A stretch of DNA of 64,000 nucleotides from an uncultured Candidatus Woesearchaeota archaeon (lineage in GTDB: Archaea; Nanobdellota; Nanobdellia; Woesearchaeales; DSVV01): NCBI GenBank assembly GCA_963717515.1, contig OY970338.1, positions 916,861-980,860 on the forward strand, given 5' to 3'. Position numbers and translations under genes: made by a program. Under the pieces are notes generated by a model, which ran no database searches, was not told the origin of the DNA, and saw only the letters and a program-made list of their open reading frames with translations. The first letter of the stretch is position 1. Each line of letters starts with the position of its first letter. This document shows, piece after piece, positions 25,055 to 34,089 of the stretch.

Positions 25055-26365
25055 TCACTTTCCAAGAACCACCCGTTCTATCTCATAAACGCCCAGATTC
25101 GGCGCCCCGAGATATCCATCCCAGCAGAGATTCGCAAGCCTGCCGTCATTGAGCCAGTCAAACAGCCACTCGCATATGTAATCCGGATTATCCTGCTCAA
25201 TCCCGAAGTTATGACGCAACAGCCATTGCTTGTTATAGATCTCGTGCGCCCCGACTGGCGGTGAAATGATGATGGGGATTCCAAGAGCTGTATAAAAACT
25301 GATCTCACTTGGTTTTGACCATAACATATCGGTTGTTTTCAGAGCTTCGTTGAACCTTTCAAAATAGGCTCTTTTGTTCAACGCATTGATCTGGCTTATC
25401 CCAATTCCTGCTTCCTTTTCAAGACCATAATCAAGTATCATCTTGTCGACCTTCTGTGAAATCTCAAGCCTTGTGCCTGTCACTACAAACAGCCTTATCT
25501 TCTTCTTTAATATCTCATTCTTCAGGCTGCTGATTATCCTTTCGACAATCTCACTCTGAGCACCAGCTCCTCCGATAGCGCACATGAGCGTCAGGGGATG
25601 ATCGCTTCTTTTCGGTATGTCTTGTTCCAGGTGCTTTTTCATGTGGGACCTGTACTTGTCGATGAAGCATCTGCCTGGATCAAGGTTGGCCAGTCTGTTC
25701 GCAACTGTCTTCTTGAGGATATTTTTCTCCCTTCCGCCGATCAGCTCTTTGGGAAGCGGAAACCCTGTGTCAAAAATCCTTGTCCTGGGCACACCGTATT
25801 GCATAAGCCTTTTTGTCGTGTGCTTTGTGGGGGAGAGATATCTTACCTTGGATCTTTTCGGGTCCTTGGCGACCCAGACCCTGCTGATATCGCTGTCTGT
25901 TACAACACAGTATACATCCTCTTTCCCATTGTAATCCGCAGCCAAAGCAGGGATGAAATAAGTAGTGATGAACGGACGCCTGTCTTTTTTAGTGAATTCA
26001 GAGACACTCCTGCAAAGCCCCTTCCTGATAAGCCTATCTATATAATTGACTTCAAAATTTGATTTTGACAGGTCCCTGAAAGGATAATAAGGGGATATGT
26101 GCTGCAGCTTATCATACATCTTAAAGACTGCCTTCCCTATTACTGGAAACCCTGTCATCCTGGATATCCAGTCATAGAACTTATGGGTCTTGCGCCAAAG
26201 CCTTTTTTCATCATCCTGGATGATCTTGTCGCTGTTGGCAGTGATGATCCGGTCATAAGCGATATCTTTCAGAGGGTATGCTGCCCTTGCATGGCCATAT
26301 CCCATATCGACAGAGATTACCCATGCCTTATTGAATTTCTGATTCGGCCTTTGATCTGCCATCAA
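25055..26365 (-). CDS. putative GT-B glycosyltransferase (MGDG synthase/UgtP/MurG-like, GT28-type)
   Basis: N-terminal VISVDMGYGHARAAYPL (G-x-GH-x2-AA motif), a mid-protein GGAGAQ, and C-terminal SKPSEISFYTALGIPIII..PVGAHE. Confidence 0.5.
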   Translation of the reverse strand: MMADQRPNQKFNKAWVISVDMGYGHARAAYPLKDIAYDRIITANSDKIIQDDEKRLWRKTHKFYDWISRMTGFPVIGKAVFKMYDKLQHISPYYPFRDLSKSNFEVNYIDRLIRKGLCRSVSEFTKKDRRPFITTYFIPALAADYNGKEDVYCVVTDSDISRVWVAKDPKRSKVRYLSPTKHTTKRLMQYGVPRTRIFDTGFPLPKELIGGREKNILKKTVANRLANLDPGRCFIDKYRSHMKKHLEQDIPKRSDHPLTLMCAIGGAGAQSEIVERIISSLKNEILKKKIRLFVVTGTRLEISQKVDKMILDYGLEKEAGIGISQINALNKRAYFERFNEALKTTDMLWSKPSEISFYTALGIPIIISPPVGAHEIYNKQWLLRHNFGIEQDNPDYICEWLFDWLNDGRLANLCWDGYLGAPNLGVYEIERVVLGK

Positions 26366-26465
26366 TCTGTTTTTAGTATTCAGGTTTAAAAAGTTTATGA
26401 TGCTGCCTCATCATAATCAGCATATCTCACAACCTTTAAATAATACAAACAAAAATCATCTTCCA

Positions 26466-27110
26466 ATGAAAATCCTCGGAATAGACGAAGCTGGCAGGGG
26501 GCCTGTCATAGGTCCGATGGTCATGGCAGGGGTCCTGGTGGATGACAGGGACCAGGCAAGGCTTGAAAAGCTCAAGCTGAAGGACTCGAAGGCATATACA
26601 AAAAAAAGGCGCGAGGAGCTATTCGGTAGGATAATCACTGTAATAGACAAGTATGAGATCCTCATCATCAACCCACCTGAAATAGATGATGCCCTCAACA
26701 GCCCGTCATCGAACCTGAACTGGCTGGAAGCTGACAAGATGCTCGAGCTCATACATATCCTGAGGCCGGACAAGGTGATCGGAGACTGCCCGAGCACAAA
26801 CATCAGGAGGTTCACGGATTATGTCAGGAACAGGCTGGATAATTCTAAGATCAAGCTGGCATTCGAGCACAAGGCTGACGAGAATTATCCGGTCGTCTCT
26901 GCTGCATCGATTCTTGCAAAAGTGACAAGGGACAATTCTATAGAGACCCTGAAGAAGATATATGGGGACTTCGGCTCAGGCTACATGAGCGACCCGAAGA
27001 CTCAAGAGTTCATCAAGAGGGACCATTCGCTTCCCATCTACAGGAAGACATGGGTGACCTGGAAGCAGGTCTCAGGCATGAAGAGCCAGAGAAGCCTGGG
27101 CGATTTCTGA
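26466..27110 (+). CDS. rnhB: ribonuclease HII
   Basis: MKILGIDEAGRGPVIGPMVMAGV, with the DEDD catalytic pattern including DSK and SAASILAK. The start is taken at the internal Met (26466). Confidence 0.9.
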   Translation: MKILGIDEAGRGPVIGPMVMAGVLVDDRDQARLEKLKLKDSKAYTKKRREELFGRIITVIDKYEILIINPPEIDDALNSPSSNLNWLEADKMLELIHILRPDKVIGDCPSTNIRRFTDYVRNRLDNSKIKLAFEHKADENYPVVSAASILAKVTRDNSIETLKKIYGDFGSGYMSDPKTQEFIKRDHSLPIYRKTWVTWKQVSGMKSQRSLGDF

Positions 27111-27251
27111 GCATTTGATGAAGGATTTTCCCCATGACACATTCTGTTAACCTATTTAACAATAAAAGGTTTTCAGCAGGAAATTCCCTCTTAATCAAAA
27201 GCTTTAAATACTACAAAAAATTGAGTAAAATCAGTTTTCACGTGAAAAAGC

Positions 27252-30200
27252 ATGACAAAGATAAACAAGATAGTTATGAAGGGTTTCAAGTCGTTCGGCA
27301 ACAAGGTCGAGCTCCAATTCGACAGTGATTTCAACTGCGTTCTGGGACCGAACGGCGCAGGCAAGAGCAATATCATCGACGCCATCTGCTTTGTCTTAGG
27401 CAAAGGCTCAGCCAAAGGGCTCAGAGCTGAAAAGGCTGCAAACCTTGTCTACAACGGCGGCAAGAAAAAAGAGCCGGCAAAATACGGCGAGGTGAGCATA
27501 TACTTCGACAACAAGAACAAGGTCTTCCCGACAGAAGATGATTATGTCAAGATTACAAGGATAATAAAGCCGACAGGCATGAGCACGTACAAGATAAATG
27601 ACCAGAAGAGGACCAGGCAGCAGGTCCTTGACCTTCTAGCTATAGCTAACATCGACCCCGACGGGTACAACATAACCCTCCAAGGCGATATAATCAGGCT
27701 CGTCGAGATGAGCTCTGTCGAGAGGAGGCACATCATCGAGGAAATCGCAGGTATCTCAATCTACGAGGAGAAGAAGAACAAGGCACTCAAGGAGCTCGAG
27801 AAGGTGGAAAGCAAGCTCGCCGAGGCCGAGATAATCCTCACTGAGAGGCAGACTTACCTGAGGGAGCTCAAGAAAGACAGGGACCAGGCATTGAAGTACA
27901 AGGATGTCGCAGACAAGCTCAAGAGCAGCAAGGCGACATATGTCAATCTGCAGATCAATAGCAGGGAAGAGAAGAAGGAGAAGATAGAGAAGGACATCGG
28001 CAAGTTCGAATCAGAGATAAAGAAGTTCGAGGAGCAGATTGCTGGCCTTAAATCTGATATCGCGAAGAAGAGGCAGGCCATATCAGACATATCAAAAGAG
28101 ATTGAGGAAAAGGGTGAGAAGGAGCAGGTCAAGATAATGAAGGATATCGAGCAGCTCAAGATCGACATCGCCACCAACAAGACCAGGATGAGCTCCAATG
28201 CAAATGAGATAAACAGGGTCCATGACAGGAAGGACCAGCTCCAGGGCTCGCTATCGGAGATAGACGAGAAGATAAGCGGGCTCAACTCAGACAAGAACAG
28301 GTTTGAGAAGGACAAGGCCTCAGCTGAGAAGAACATCAGCCAGCTCAAGTCAAAGATTACAGCCTTCAGGCAGAAGCACAAGATAGAGGACTCCAATGCT
28401 CTCGAGCTTGACATGGACAACATGGACAAGGATGCAGACAAGATGCAGGCTGAGATCCAGGAGCTCCGAGAAGAGCAGCAGAACCTTCTCAGGGAAAAGG
28501 ACAAGGCCGAGCTATACATCAACAGCATCGATGAGAAGATAAGCAAGGTGCTCGAGGTAGAAAAAGAGCACAAGAATGACATCGAGAAGCTGAAGAACAG
28601 GAAGGCCGAGTTCAAGAAGACGACGCTTGAGCTCAATGAGATACTGAACAGGGACTCGTCGCATGCAGCTGAACTCGGAAACGCAAAGCAGAAGCTCATA
28701 TCAGCCAATGACGAGCTTGCGAAGCTAAGGAGCAGGGAGAGCACATTCAGGCAGAGCCAGGCTGATAACATAGCCACAAAGAGCATCCTTGAGTCAAAGA
28801 ACAGGTTCGGCAGGGTCTACGGGACAATCACTGACCTTGGCAAGGTCCCTTCACGATATTCGACAGCACTCCAGATTGCAGCAGGACTAAGGATAAGGAG
28901 CATTGTCGTCGACAATGAAAAGACGGCCGCAAACTGCATAAAGCACCTCAAGAATAACAGGCTGGGGACTGCGACATTCCTGCCATTGAACAAGATCAAG
29001 GGCAAGGACTCAAAAGTCGAGCAGTCAGTGCTGAAATCCGGCGGGGTTCTCGGAAGGGCGATCGACCTCATCGATTTCGATTCTCAATTCAAGAATGCAT
29101 TCTCATTCGTGTTCGGCAACACGATTGTCGTCGAGGACATCGACGTCGCAAGAAGGATAGGCGTGGGAACGGTCAGGATGGTGACCCTTGACGGCGACCT
29201 TGTCGAGCTTTCCGGCGCGATGCAGGGCGGATACCGCAAGAAGATTGCAGGCAGCGGGTTTGCAGAAAAAGAGGTCGCATCGGACATCAAGGCCAAAGAG
29301 AAGCTCGCAGCTGACATGGAGGCTGTGGTCTCCAGGCTTGAGAAGGCCAGAAGCTCAGATGAAGAGAAGATAGGAAGGTTCAGGGAATTGAAGGCAGGGC
29401 TTGAAGGCGAGATAATAAAGCTTGAGAAATCCCTGCATCTCGAGGAAGGCGACCTTTCCGCTTCCAAGAAGGAGAAGGAAGTGTTCAGGGAAAGGCTCAA
29501 GGGAATCGAGAAGAAATCCGCAGAACTCCAGGGAAGCATAAGCAGGCTCACCAAGGAGCTGACAGTCATCAAGGTCAAGAAGCAGAATCTCAGGTCAAAG
29601 ATAAACGAGATGCGCAGCCCGACCCTGCTTGCAGAGCTAAACACTTTCGAGCAGAAGCATTCAGAGGAGAAAGAAGAGCTCATCAGGATAGAGGCGAACA
29701 TCAAGAACGCAAATATGCAGACCACAAACATACTCCTACCTGAGAAAGAGAACATCATAAAGATCCTCTCCCAGCATGAGAAGGAGGAGAAAAAGTTCGG
29801 GGAGGAGAACAAGCAGTTGAAGGAGAAGATAAAGTCCCAGGAGACTGAGCTCGTGGACAAGGAGAAGAGGCAGAAGCAGTTCTACGGGAAATACAAAGAG
29901 CTCTTTGTCGAGAAGGACAGGCTCAATGAATCCATGCAGAAGGCGGAGAATGCCCTGGTGAGGCACGAGGAAGGCATCAGGAGGACGGAGCAGAGGAGCA
30001 ATGTCCTCTCCGTGGACAGCGCAAGCGTAAAGGCAGAGCTTGCAGGGCTCTATGAAGAGAAGAAGAGATACGAAGACATGCCGCTCCTGAAAGGCAAGAA
30101 TGAAGAGGAGCTGAAGAAGGAGATCTGGCAGATGGAGAGGCAGATGGACGCTGCGGGAAACGTCAATATGAGGGCCCTCGAAGTCTACGACTCTATTGAA

Positions 30201-30743
30201 AAAGAATACAATTCGCTTATCGATAAGAAGAAGAAGCTTAAGTCCGAGAAGGAAGAGGTCCTGGTCATGATGAATGAGATAGAGACCAAGAAAAAGGACC
30301 TATTCATGAATACTTTCGAGGTCATCGACAAGAATTTCCAGAAGATGTTCGAGAGCCTGACTACAAAAGGCCAGGCATTCCTCGAGCTTGAGAACCCCAA
30401 GGATCCGCTCGCTGAGGGACTGAGGATAAAAGTCAGGATAACAGGCAAGAAGTTCCTGGACATCAGGAGCCTTTCAGGCGGCGAGAAGACATTGACCGCG
30501 CTATCTTTCATTTTCGCAATCCAGGAGCATGAGCCGGCATCGTTCTATATCCTCGACGAGGTCGATGCAGCTCTTGACAGGAAGAACTCTGAGAAACTTG
30601 CGGAACTGATAGCCAATTATTCAAAAGGAGCTCAGTATGTCATGATATCTCACAATGACAATGTCATATCGTCCGCAAGCACGCTCTACGGCGTGTCGAT
30701 GAACGAGCACGGCATGAGCAAGGTCGTGAGCCTGAAGCTCTGA
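27252..30743 (+). CDS. smc: chromosome segregation protein SMC
   Basis: Walker A GPNGAGKSN, long Lys/Glu coiled coils, a hinge (GTITDLG...FLPLNKI), signature LSGGEKTL, and Walker B FYILDEVDAALD. Confidence 0.95.
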   Translation: MTKINKIVMKGFKSFGNKVELQFDSDFNCVLGPNGAGKSNIIDAICFVLGKGSAKGLRAEKAANLVYNGGKKKEPAKYGEVSIYFDNKNKVFPTEDDYVKITRIIKPTGMSTYKINDQKRTRQQVLDLLAIANIDPDGYNITLQGDIIRLVEMSSVERRHIIEEIAGISIYEEKKNKALKELEKVESKLAEAEIILTERQTYLRELKKDRDQALKYKDVADKLKSSKATYVNLQINSREEKKEKIEKDIGKFESEIKKFEEQIAGLKSDIAKKRQAISDISKEIEEKGEKEQVKIMKDIEQLKIDIATNKTRMSSNANEINRVHDRKDQLQGSLSEIDEKISGLNSDKNRFEKDKASAEKNISQLKSKITAFRQKHKIEDSNALELDMDNMDKDADKMQAEIQELREEQQNLLREKDKAELYINSIDEKISKVLEVEKEHKNDIEKLKNRKAEFKKTTLELNEILNRDSSHAAELGNAKQKLISANDELAKLRSRESTFRQSQADNIATKSILESKNRFGRVYGTITDLGKVPSRYSTALQIAAGLRIRSIVVDNEKTAANCIKHLKNNRLGTATFLPLNKIKGKDSKVEQSVLKSGGVLGRAIDLIDFDSQFKNAFSFVFGNTIVVEDIDVARRIGVGTVRMVTLDGDLVELSGAMQGGYRKKIAGSGFAEKEVASDIKAKEKLAADMEAVVSRLEKARSSDEEKIGRFRELKAGLEGEIIKLEKSLHLEEGDLSASKKEKEVFRERLKGIEKKSAELQGSISRLTKELTVIKVKKQNLRSKINEMRSPTLLAELNTFEQKHSEEKEELIRIEANIKNANMQTTNILLPEKENIIKILSQHEKEEKKFGEENKQLKEKIKSQETELVDKEKRQKQFYGKYKELFVEKDRLNESMQKAENALVRHEEGIRRTEQRSNVLSVDSASVKAELAGLYEEKKRYEDMPLLKGKNEEELKKEIWQMERQMDAAGNVNMRALEVYDSIEKEYNSLIDKKKKLKSEKEEVLVMMNEIETKKKDLFMNTFEVIDKNFQKMFESLTTKGQAFLELENPKDPLAEGLRIKVRITGKKFLDIRSLSGGEKTLTALSFIFAIQEHEPASFYILDEVDAALDRKNSEKLAELIANYSKGAQYVMISHNDNVISSASTLYGVSMNEHGMSKVVSLKL

Positions 30744-30791
30744 CTCATAAAAAAAGAAATATTATTATATTTATCGCAAATCCTTCCAGAC

Positions 30792-31298
30792 ATGGACAAC
30801 CTCTATTCAATCGTGCAGACGACCATCGATACAGGATTCCATGAGCTGAAATTCTTCAGGGATCATATCAATGCCTGCTTCACGGATCTCAAAGGCGATT
30901 TCAGCTCATACGAGACTGATGGCTATGATGCCAATATACTTCTTGACAACAGGCTCAGGCAGGCACCGATCCAGGCCCACAGGGGAGGGGTCGCCCTGCA
31001 GCTGAACATCATCAGGTTAGGGGAATACATGCCCTTGGCCCTTCTTTGCATCAGCAACATGCTTGAAGGGAGATCTGAAAAATATTCTGCATGGGTTGCC
31101 CGAATCAGTGATAAGATGCTGGTCAAAAAGGATCTAGGCAGGGAGCTCTTTGCATACAAAAGATTCCTGGCTGAAGAGCTCAAATACAGGATGATGCCGG
31201 CTGACGGCCTCAATCTCCTCCAGCTTGATTATGAGCTGCGCAAATATGAAGCAGGAAAAAAGACACATAAGAGTCTGTCCGAGATGCGGCGGGATTGA
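30792..31298 (+). CDS. hypothetical protein, 168 aa (occupies the position usually taken by ScpA downstream of smc; no ScpA motif recognised)
   Basis: Uninterrupted ORF 48 nt downstream of the smc stop. Confidence 0.5.
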   Translation: MDNLYSIVQTTIDTGFHELKFFRDHINACFTDLKGDFSSYETDGYDANILLDNRLRQAPIQAHRGGVALQLNIIRLGEYMPLALLCISNMLEGRSEKYSAWVARISDKMLVKKDLGRELFAYKRFLAEELKYRMMPADGLNLLQLDYELRKYEAGKKTHKSLSEMRRD

Positions 31299-31440
31299 TA
31301 TTGGCATACCACCTGCAGGGCTTGATCTCAGGATGACCATGCGAGATTACTGCCGGAACTGCAAAAATATCGGCAATTTCCCAGAAGTCGACATTGATGA
31401 CGTAAAGGAATTCATAGAAGAGATCAGGAAGCGCATATGA
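31246..31440 (+). CDS. small zinc-ribbon protein, 64 aa
   Basis: MKQEKRHIRVCPRCGG....CRNCKN contains two CxxC pairs. It overlaps the 3' end of 30792-31298 in another frame. Confidence 0.5.
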   Translation: MKQEKRHIRVCPRCGGIDIGIPPAGLDLRMTMRDYCRNCKNIGNFPEVDIDDVKEFIEEIRKRI

Positions 31441-31458
31441 AATCCATACATATTTGGA

Positions 31459-32580
31459 TCATGCATTTCCGAAATCTCGCAGGATCTCTCTTATACTGCC
31501 GATTGTCTGATCCCATCTGAAATTCTCGACTATGGTCTTTCTCGCCTTAGAACCTAGCTCTTTTCTCAGCTCAGGATTCTCAAGAAGCATCTCGAGCTTC
31601 ATCGAGAGGACGAGCGAATTCTTGAACGGGAAGAACATCCCGTTCCTCTTCTCTGCAATGTATTCCTTGACAAACCCGACCGGAGTCGTCACAACAGGCA
31701 GGCCGCAGGCCATAGCCTCCATGGTCGCAAGCGAAGACGTCTCTGTAAGCGATGGAAGGACAAAGACATCCATGGCCTGGAGATAATCCTGTATATTATT
31801 GACAGAGCCGGGCAGCATTATGCTCTTCATCGAGGAGAACATCTCCTCAAGCTCCCTAATACCCTTTCCGACGATGAGAAGCCGTGTGTTGAAATGCTTC
31901 TTCTCGACACGCCTGAAAGCCCTGTAGAGCGTTATCAGGTCCTTCTCCCTGCCTATCCTTCCGGAAAACCCGATTATGAAAAGGTAAGGGTTTATGCCAA
32001 GCCTCTTCTTCGCTTCCTCGATGTCGCCAGGCATGAACTTCTCAGTGTCAGTGCCCAGATGGACGACCTTTTTTTCAGTGTGTATCCGGTTCCTCTTGTA
32101 TTTCTCCTCGACCTCAATTGATGGGACTATCAGGAGGTCGCATCTGTTATAAAATCTGCGTGCAATCCATTTTGTCCCGATGTTCGTGAACCACCTGAAG
32201 CGCTTCACACTCCTGGTAGTAAGCTCCCATTCGATTGAATGTGCGAATGCAACGACCGGCTTCTTCAGCTTCCTTCCTGCTTTTATTGCCGACATGCCCA
32301 CCGGGCCTATGGTCTGGACAAAAACCAGGTCGCAATCGCTTACAAGCCTTTTTATCTTCCTGTAATTGCCCCATGTGAATTCGATGTCGCCGAAATTGAT
32401 GTTGATGACAGGGAACCTGACGACATTGATCCCTGAGAGTCCTGTGTACTCCCCGAAATCAGGAGCAGCAATTGTTATGTCATATTCCTCCTTGAGCCCG
32501 GGGATTATCTCGAGGAGAAACCTGACTATCCCGTCCCACCTGGGAAGGAAGCAGTCTGTGGCGATCAAGAGCTTTTTCAT
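31459..32580 (-). CDS. GT4-family glycosyltransferase (group 1)
   Basis: GT-B fold. The C-terminal half carries GRIGREKDL, LLIVGKG and PSLTETSSLATMEAMACGLPVV (the E-x7-E region). Confidence 0.85.
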   Translation of the reverse strand: MKKLLIATDCFLPRWDGIVRFLLEIIPGLKEEYDITIAAPDFGEYTGLSGINVVRFPVININFGDIEFTWGNYRKIKRLVSDCDLVFVQTIGPVGMSAIKAGRKLKKPVVAFAHSIEWELTTRSVKRFRWFTNIGTKWIARRFYNRCDLLIVPSIEVEEKYKRNRIHTEKKVVHLGTDTEKFMPGDIEEAKKRLGINPYLFIIGFSGRIGREKDLITLYRAFRRVEKKHFNTRLLIVGKGIRELEEMFSSMKSIMLPGSVNNIQDYLQAMDVFVLPSLTETSSLATMEAMACGLPVVTTPVGFVKEYIAEKRNGMFFPFKNSLVLSMKLEMLLENPELRKELGSKARKTIVENFRWDQTIGSIREILRDFGNA

Positions 32581-33242
32581 CTTAGCTTCACAAACACCTC
32601 AGCATATTTAACACCTTTGTCAAGGCCATTGAGCAGTCCCCTTATGTAAGTCGCTGGAAGCATCGTAAGGAGCGCCAGCCATTGGCTCTCATGGCGCTTT
32701 ATCGCCTTTATCTTGAGTCCGAATGTCTTTGTGACATCAACGACAAGCTTTGGCCTGTCCCTGTGCCTGATGTTGAGCGGATTCCAGATGTCAAATGAAT
32801 AGAGGTCGCATTTGTATTTCAACCTGTCCATTATCTCTGTCACCACATTATATACAGCCCTGTGGTCTGGATGAGGGTCATCAAGAGAATGAGTGAAGAT
32901 CTTAACAGGCCTGATTATGTTTATGAGCCGCCTGATCTTTGCTTTCCTCTTCTTCTGCCTGATCCCTTCAGGGAACTTTCCCTCCTTGAGCCCAAGATAA
33001 TAAAGCTTTCCCCCTCCTATGATTATGTCTGCCTTATGGGATTCGCCGACCCGCATCTTTATCGCCTCTTCCTGCCTCAGCCAGGGATGAGTTGACTCTC
33101 CATAAGAGAATATGACAGTGATGACCTCAATGCCCTCTTTGGCATATCTGGCAAGCGTCCCGCCTGCGCCGATGACATGGTCGTCATTATGCGCGCAGAA
33201 CACAAGCACAGTGTCAGCATTGTCCACCTTGTTTTCTGCCAT
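32577..33242 (-). CDS. PIG-L/LmbE-family N-acetylglucosaminyl deacetylase
   Basis: VLVFCAHNDDHVIGAGGTLA (the AHPDD-type metal motif) and a downstream HPDH. Its stop overlaps the GT4 start (ATGA). Confidence 0.85.
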   Translation of the reverse strand: MAENKVDNADTVLVFCAHNDDHVIGAGGTLARYAKEGIEVITVIFSYGESTHPWLRQEEAIKMRVGESHKADIIIGGGKLYYLGLKEGKFPEGIRQKKRKAKIRRLINIIRPVKIFTHSLDDPHPDHRAVYNVVTEIMDRLKYKCDLYSFDIWNPLNIRHRDRPKLVVDVTKTFGLKIKAIKRHESQWLALLTMLPATYIRGLLNGLDKGVKYAEVFVKLR

Positions 33243-33315
33243 TATGGGTTGAAGGAGTTAGCTGCAGTTAAATTATTTTTGGTTTTTGCAGGCTTCCCTT
33301 GACGATTACCGAAAC

Positions 33316-33341
33316 CTTTATATATAAAATATCACTCCATC
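33316..33341 (+). promoter_or_regulatory. TATA-box element plus conserved downstream block (CTTTATATATAAAATATCACTCCATC)
   Basis: It shares a 15-mer with the tRNA-Gly promoter, and a 19-mer (1 mismatch) with the promoter at 51142-51160. Confidence 0.4.
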
Positions 33342-33392
33342 ATTGATTAGAGTTAATTCTTAACATAATAGAAGATGAAGGTGTTAAGCTAA

Positions 33393-34034
33393 ATGGATAA
33401 GAATGAAAATATTTTGAAGGGAACTACAACTGTAGGCATAAAGTGCAAAGACGGGATAGTCCTTGCAGCTGACAAGAGGGCGACAGCAGGGAACCTGATA
33501 GTCAACAAGAAGACGGACAAGATATACCAGATAAACGACACCATGGCAATCACCATGGCAGGGACTGTGTCTGACGCCCAGCTCATCTCAAAGCTGATCA
33601 AGGCAGAGCTCAACCTGAAGAAGCTCAGGAGCGGAAGGGAATCTACTGTCAGGGAATCGGCAAACCTGCTTGCAGGTATGGTCTACTCAAACATCAGGAA
33701 GATGTCCATGATACCAGGCATCAGCCACTTTCTCCTAGGAGGCAGGGATGATACAGGATACTACCTCTTTGATGTATTTGCAGACGGCTCGCTCACTGAG
33801 GAGAATGAGTACATCACATCAGGCAGCGGCAGCGTCATGGCTTTCGGAGTGCTTGAGACGCTCTTCAAGCAGGACATGTCAATCGGCGAGGGAGTTGAGC
33901 TCGCAATCAAGTCTATAAATGCGGCCTTGCAGAGGGACAGCGCAACAGGAAACGGAATCAAGGTAATCACGATAACTGACAAAGGAATCCAGGAGACTTT
34001 CAACAAGGAAATTAACACAGGGATAAAAGAATAA
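33393..34034 (+). CDS. psmB: proteasome subunit beta
   Basis: A short propeptide followed by GTTTVGIKCKDGIVLAADKRATAG, with the catalytic Thr after the Gly. Confidence 0.9.
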   Translation: MDKNENILKGTTTVGIKCKDGIVLAADKRATAGNLIVNKKTDKIYQINDTMAITMAGTVSDAQLISKLIKAELNLKKLRSGRESTVRESANLLAGMVYSNIRKMSMIPGISHFLLGGRDDTGYYLFDVFADGSLTEENEYITSGSGSVMAFGVLETLFKQDMSIGEGVELAIKSINAALQRDSATGNGIKVITITDKGIQETFNKEINTGIKE

Positions 34035-34089
34035 ATTTTCTGGTCAAGGACGATAAAAATTCTTAAAAAACACATGTTTAGGTGACAAT

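Noticed and set aside
24740-25065. Track ORFs 24740-24961(-), 24859-25065(-) and 24952-25152(+), which give repeated peptides (MRRPGFLEVDEVNERHKK...)
   Set aside because: They lie entirely in the tRNA-Gly 3' exon and the 116-bp tandem repeats. The repeated 'protein' sequence is just the DNA repeat read in frame. There is no start context and no coding-like composition.
27854-29860. Long antisense ORFs inside smc (27854-28786, 310 aa; 29084-29860, 258 aa; others)
   Set aside because: These are Ser/Leu/Phe-rich low-complexity translations of the reverse complement of Lys/Glu-rich coiled-coil codons. The sense-strand SMC has all canonical motifs.
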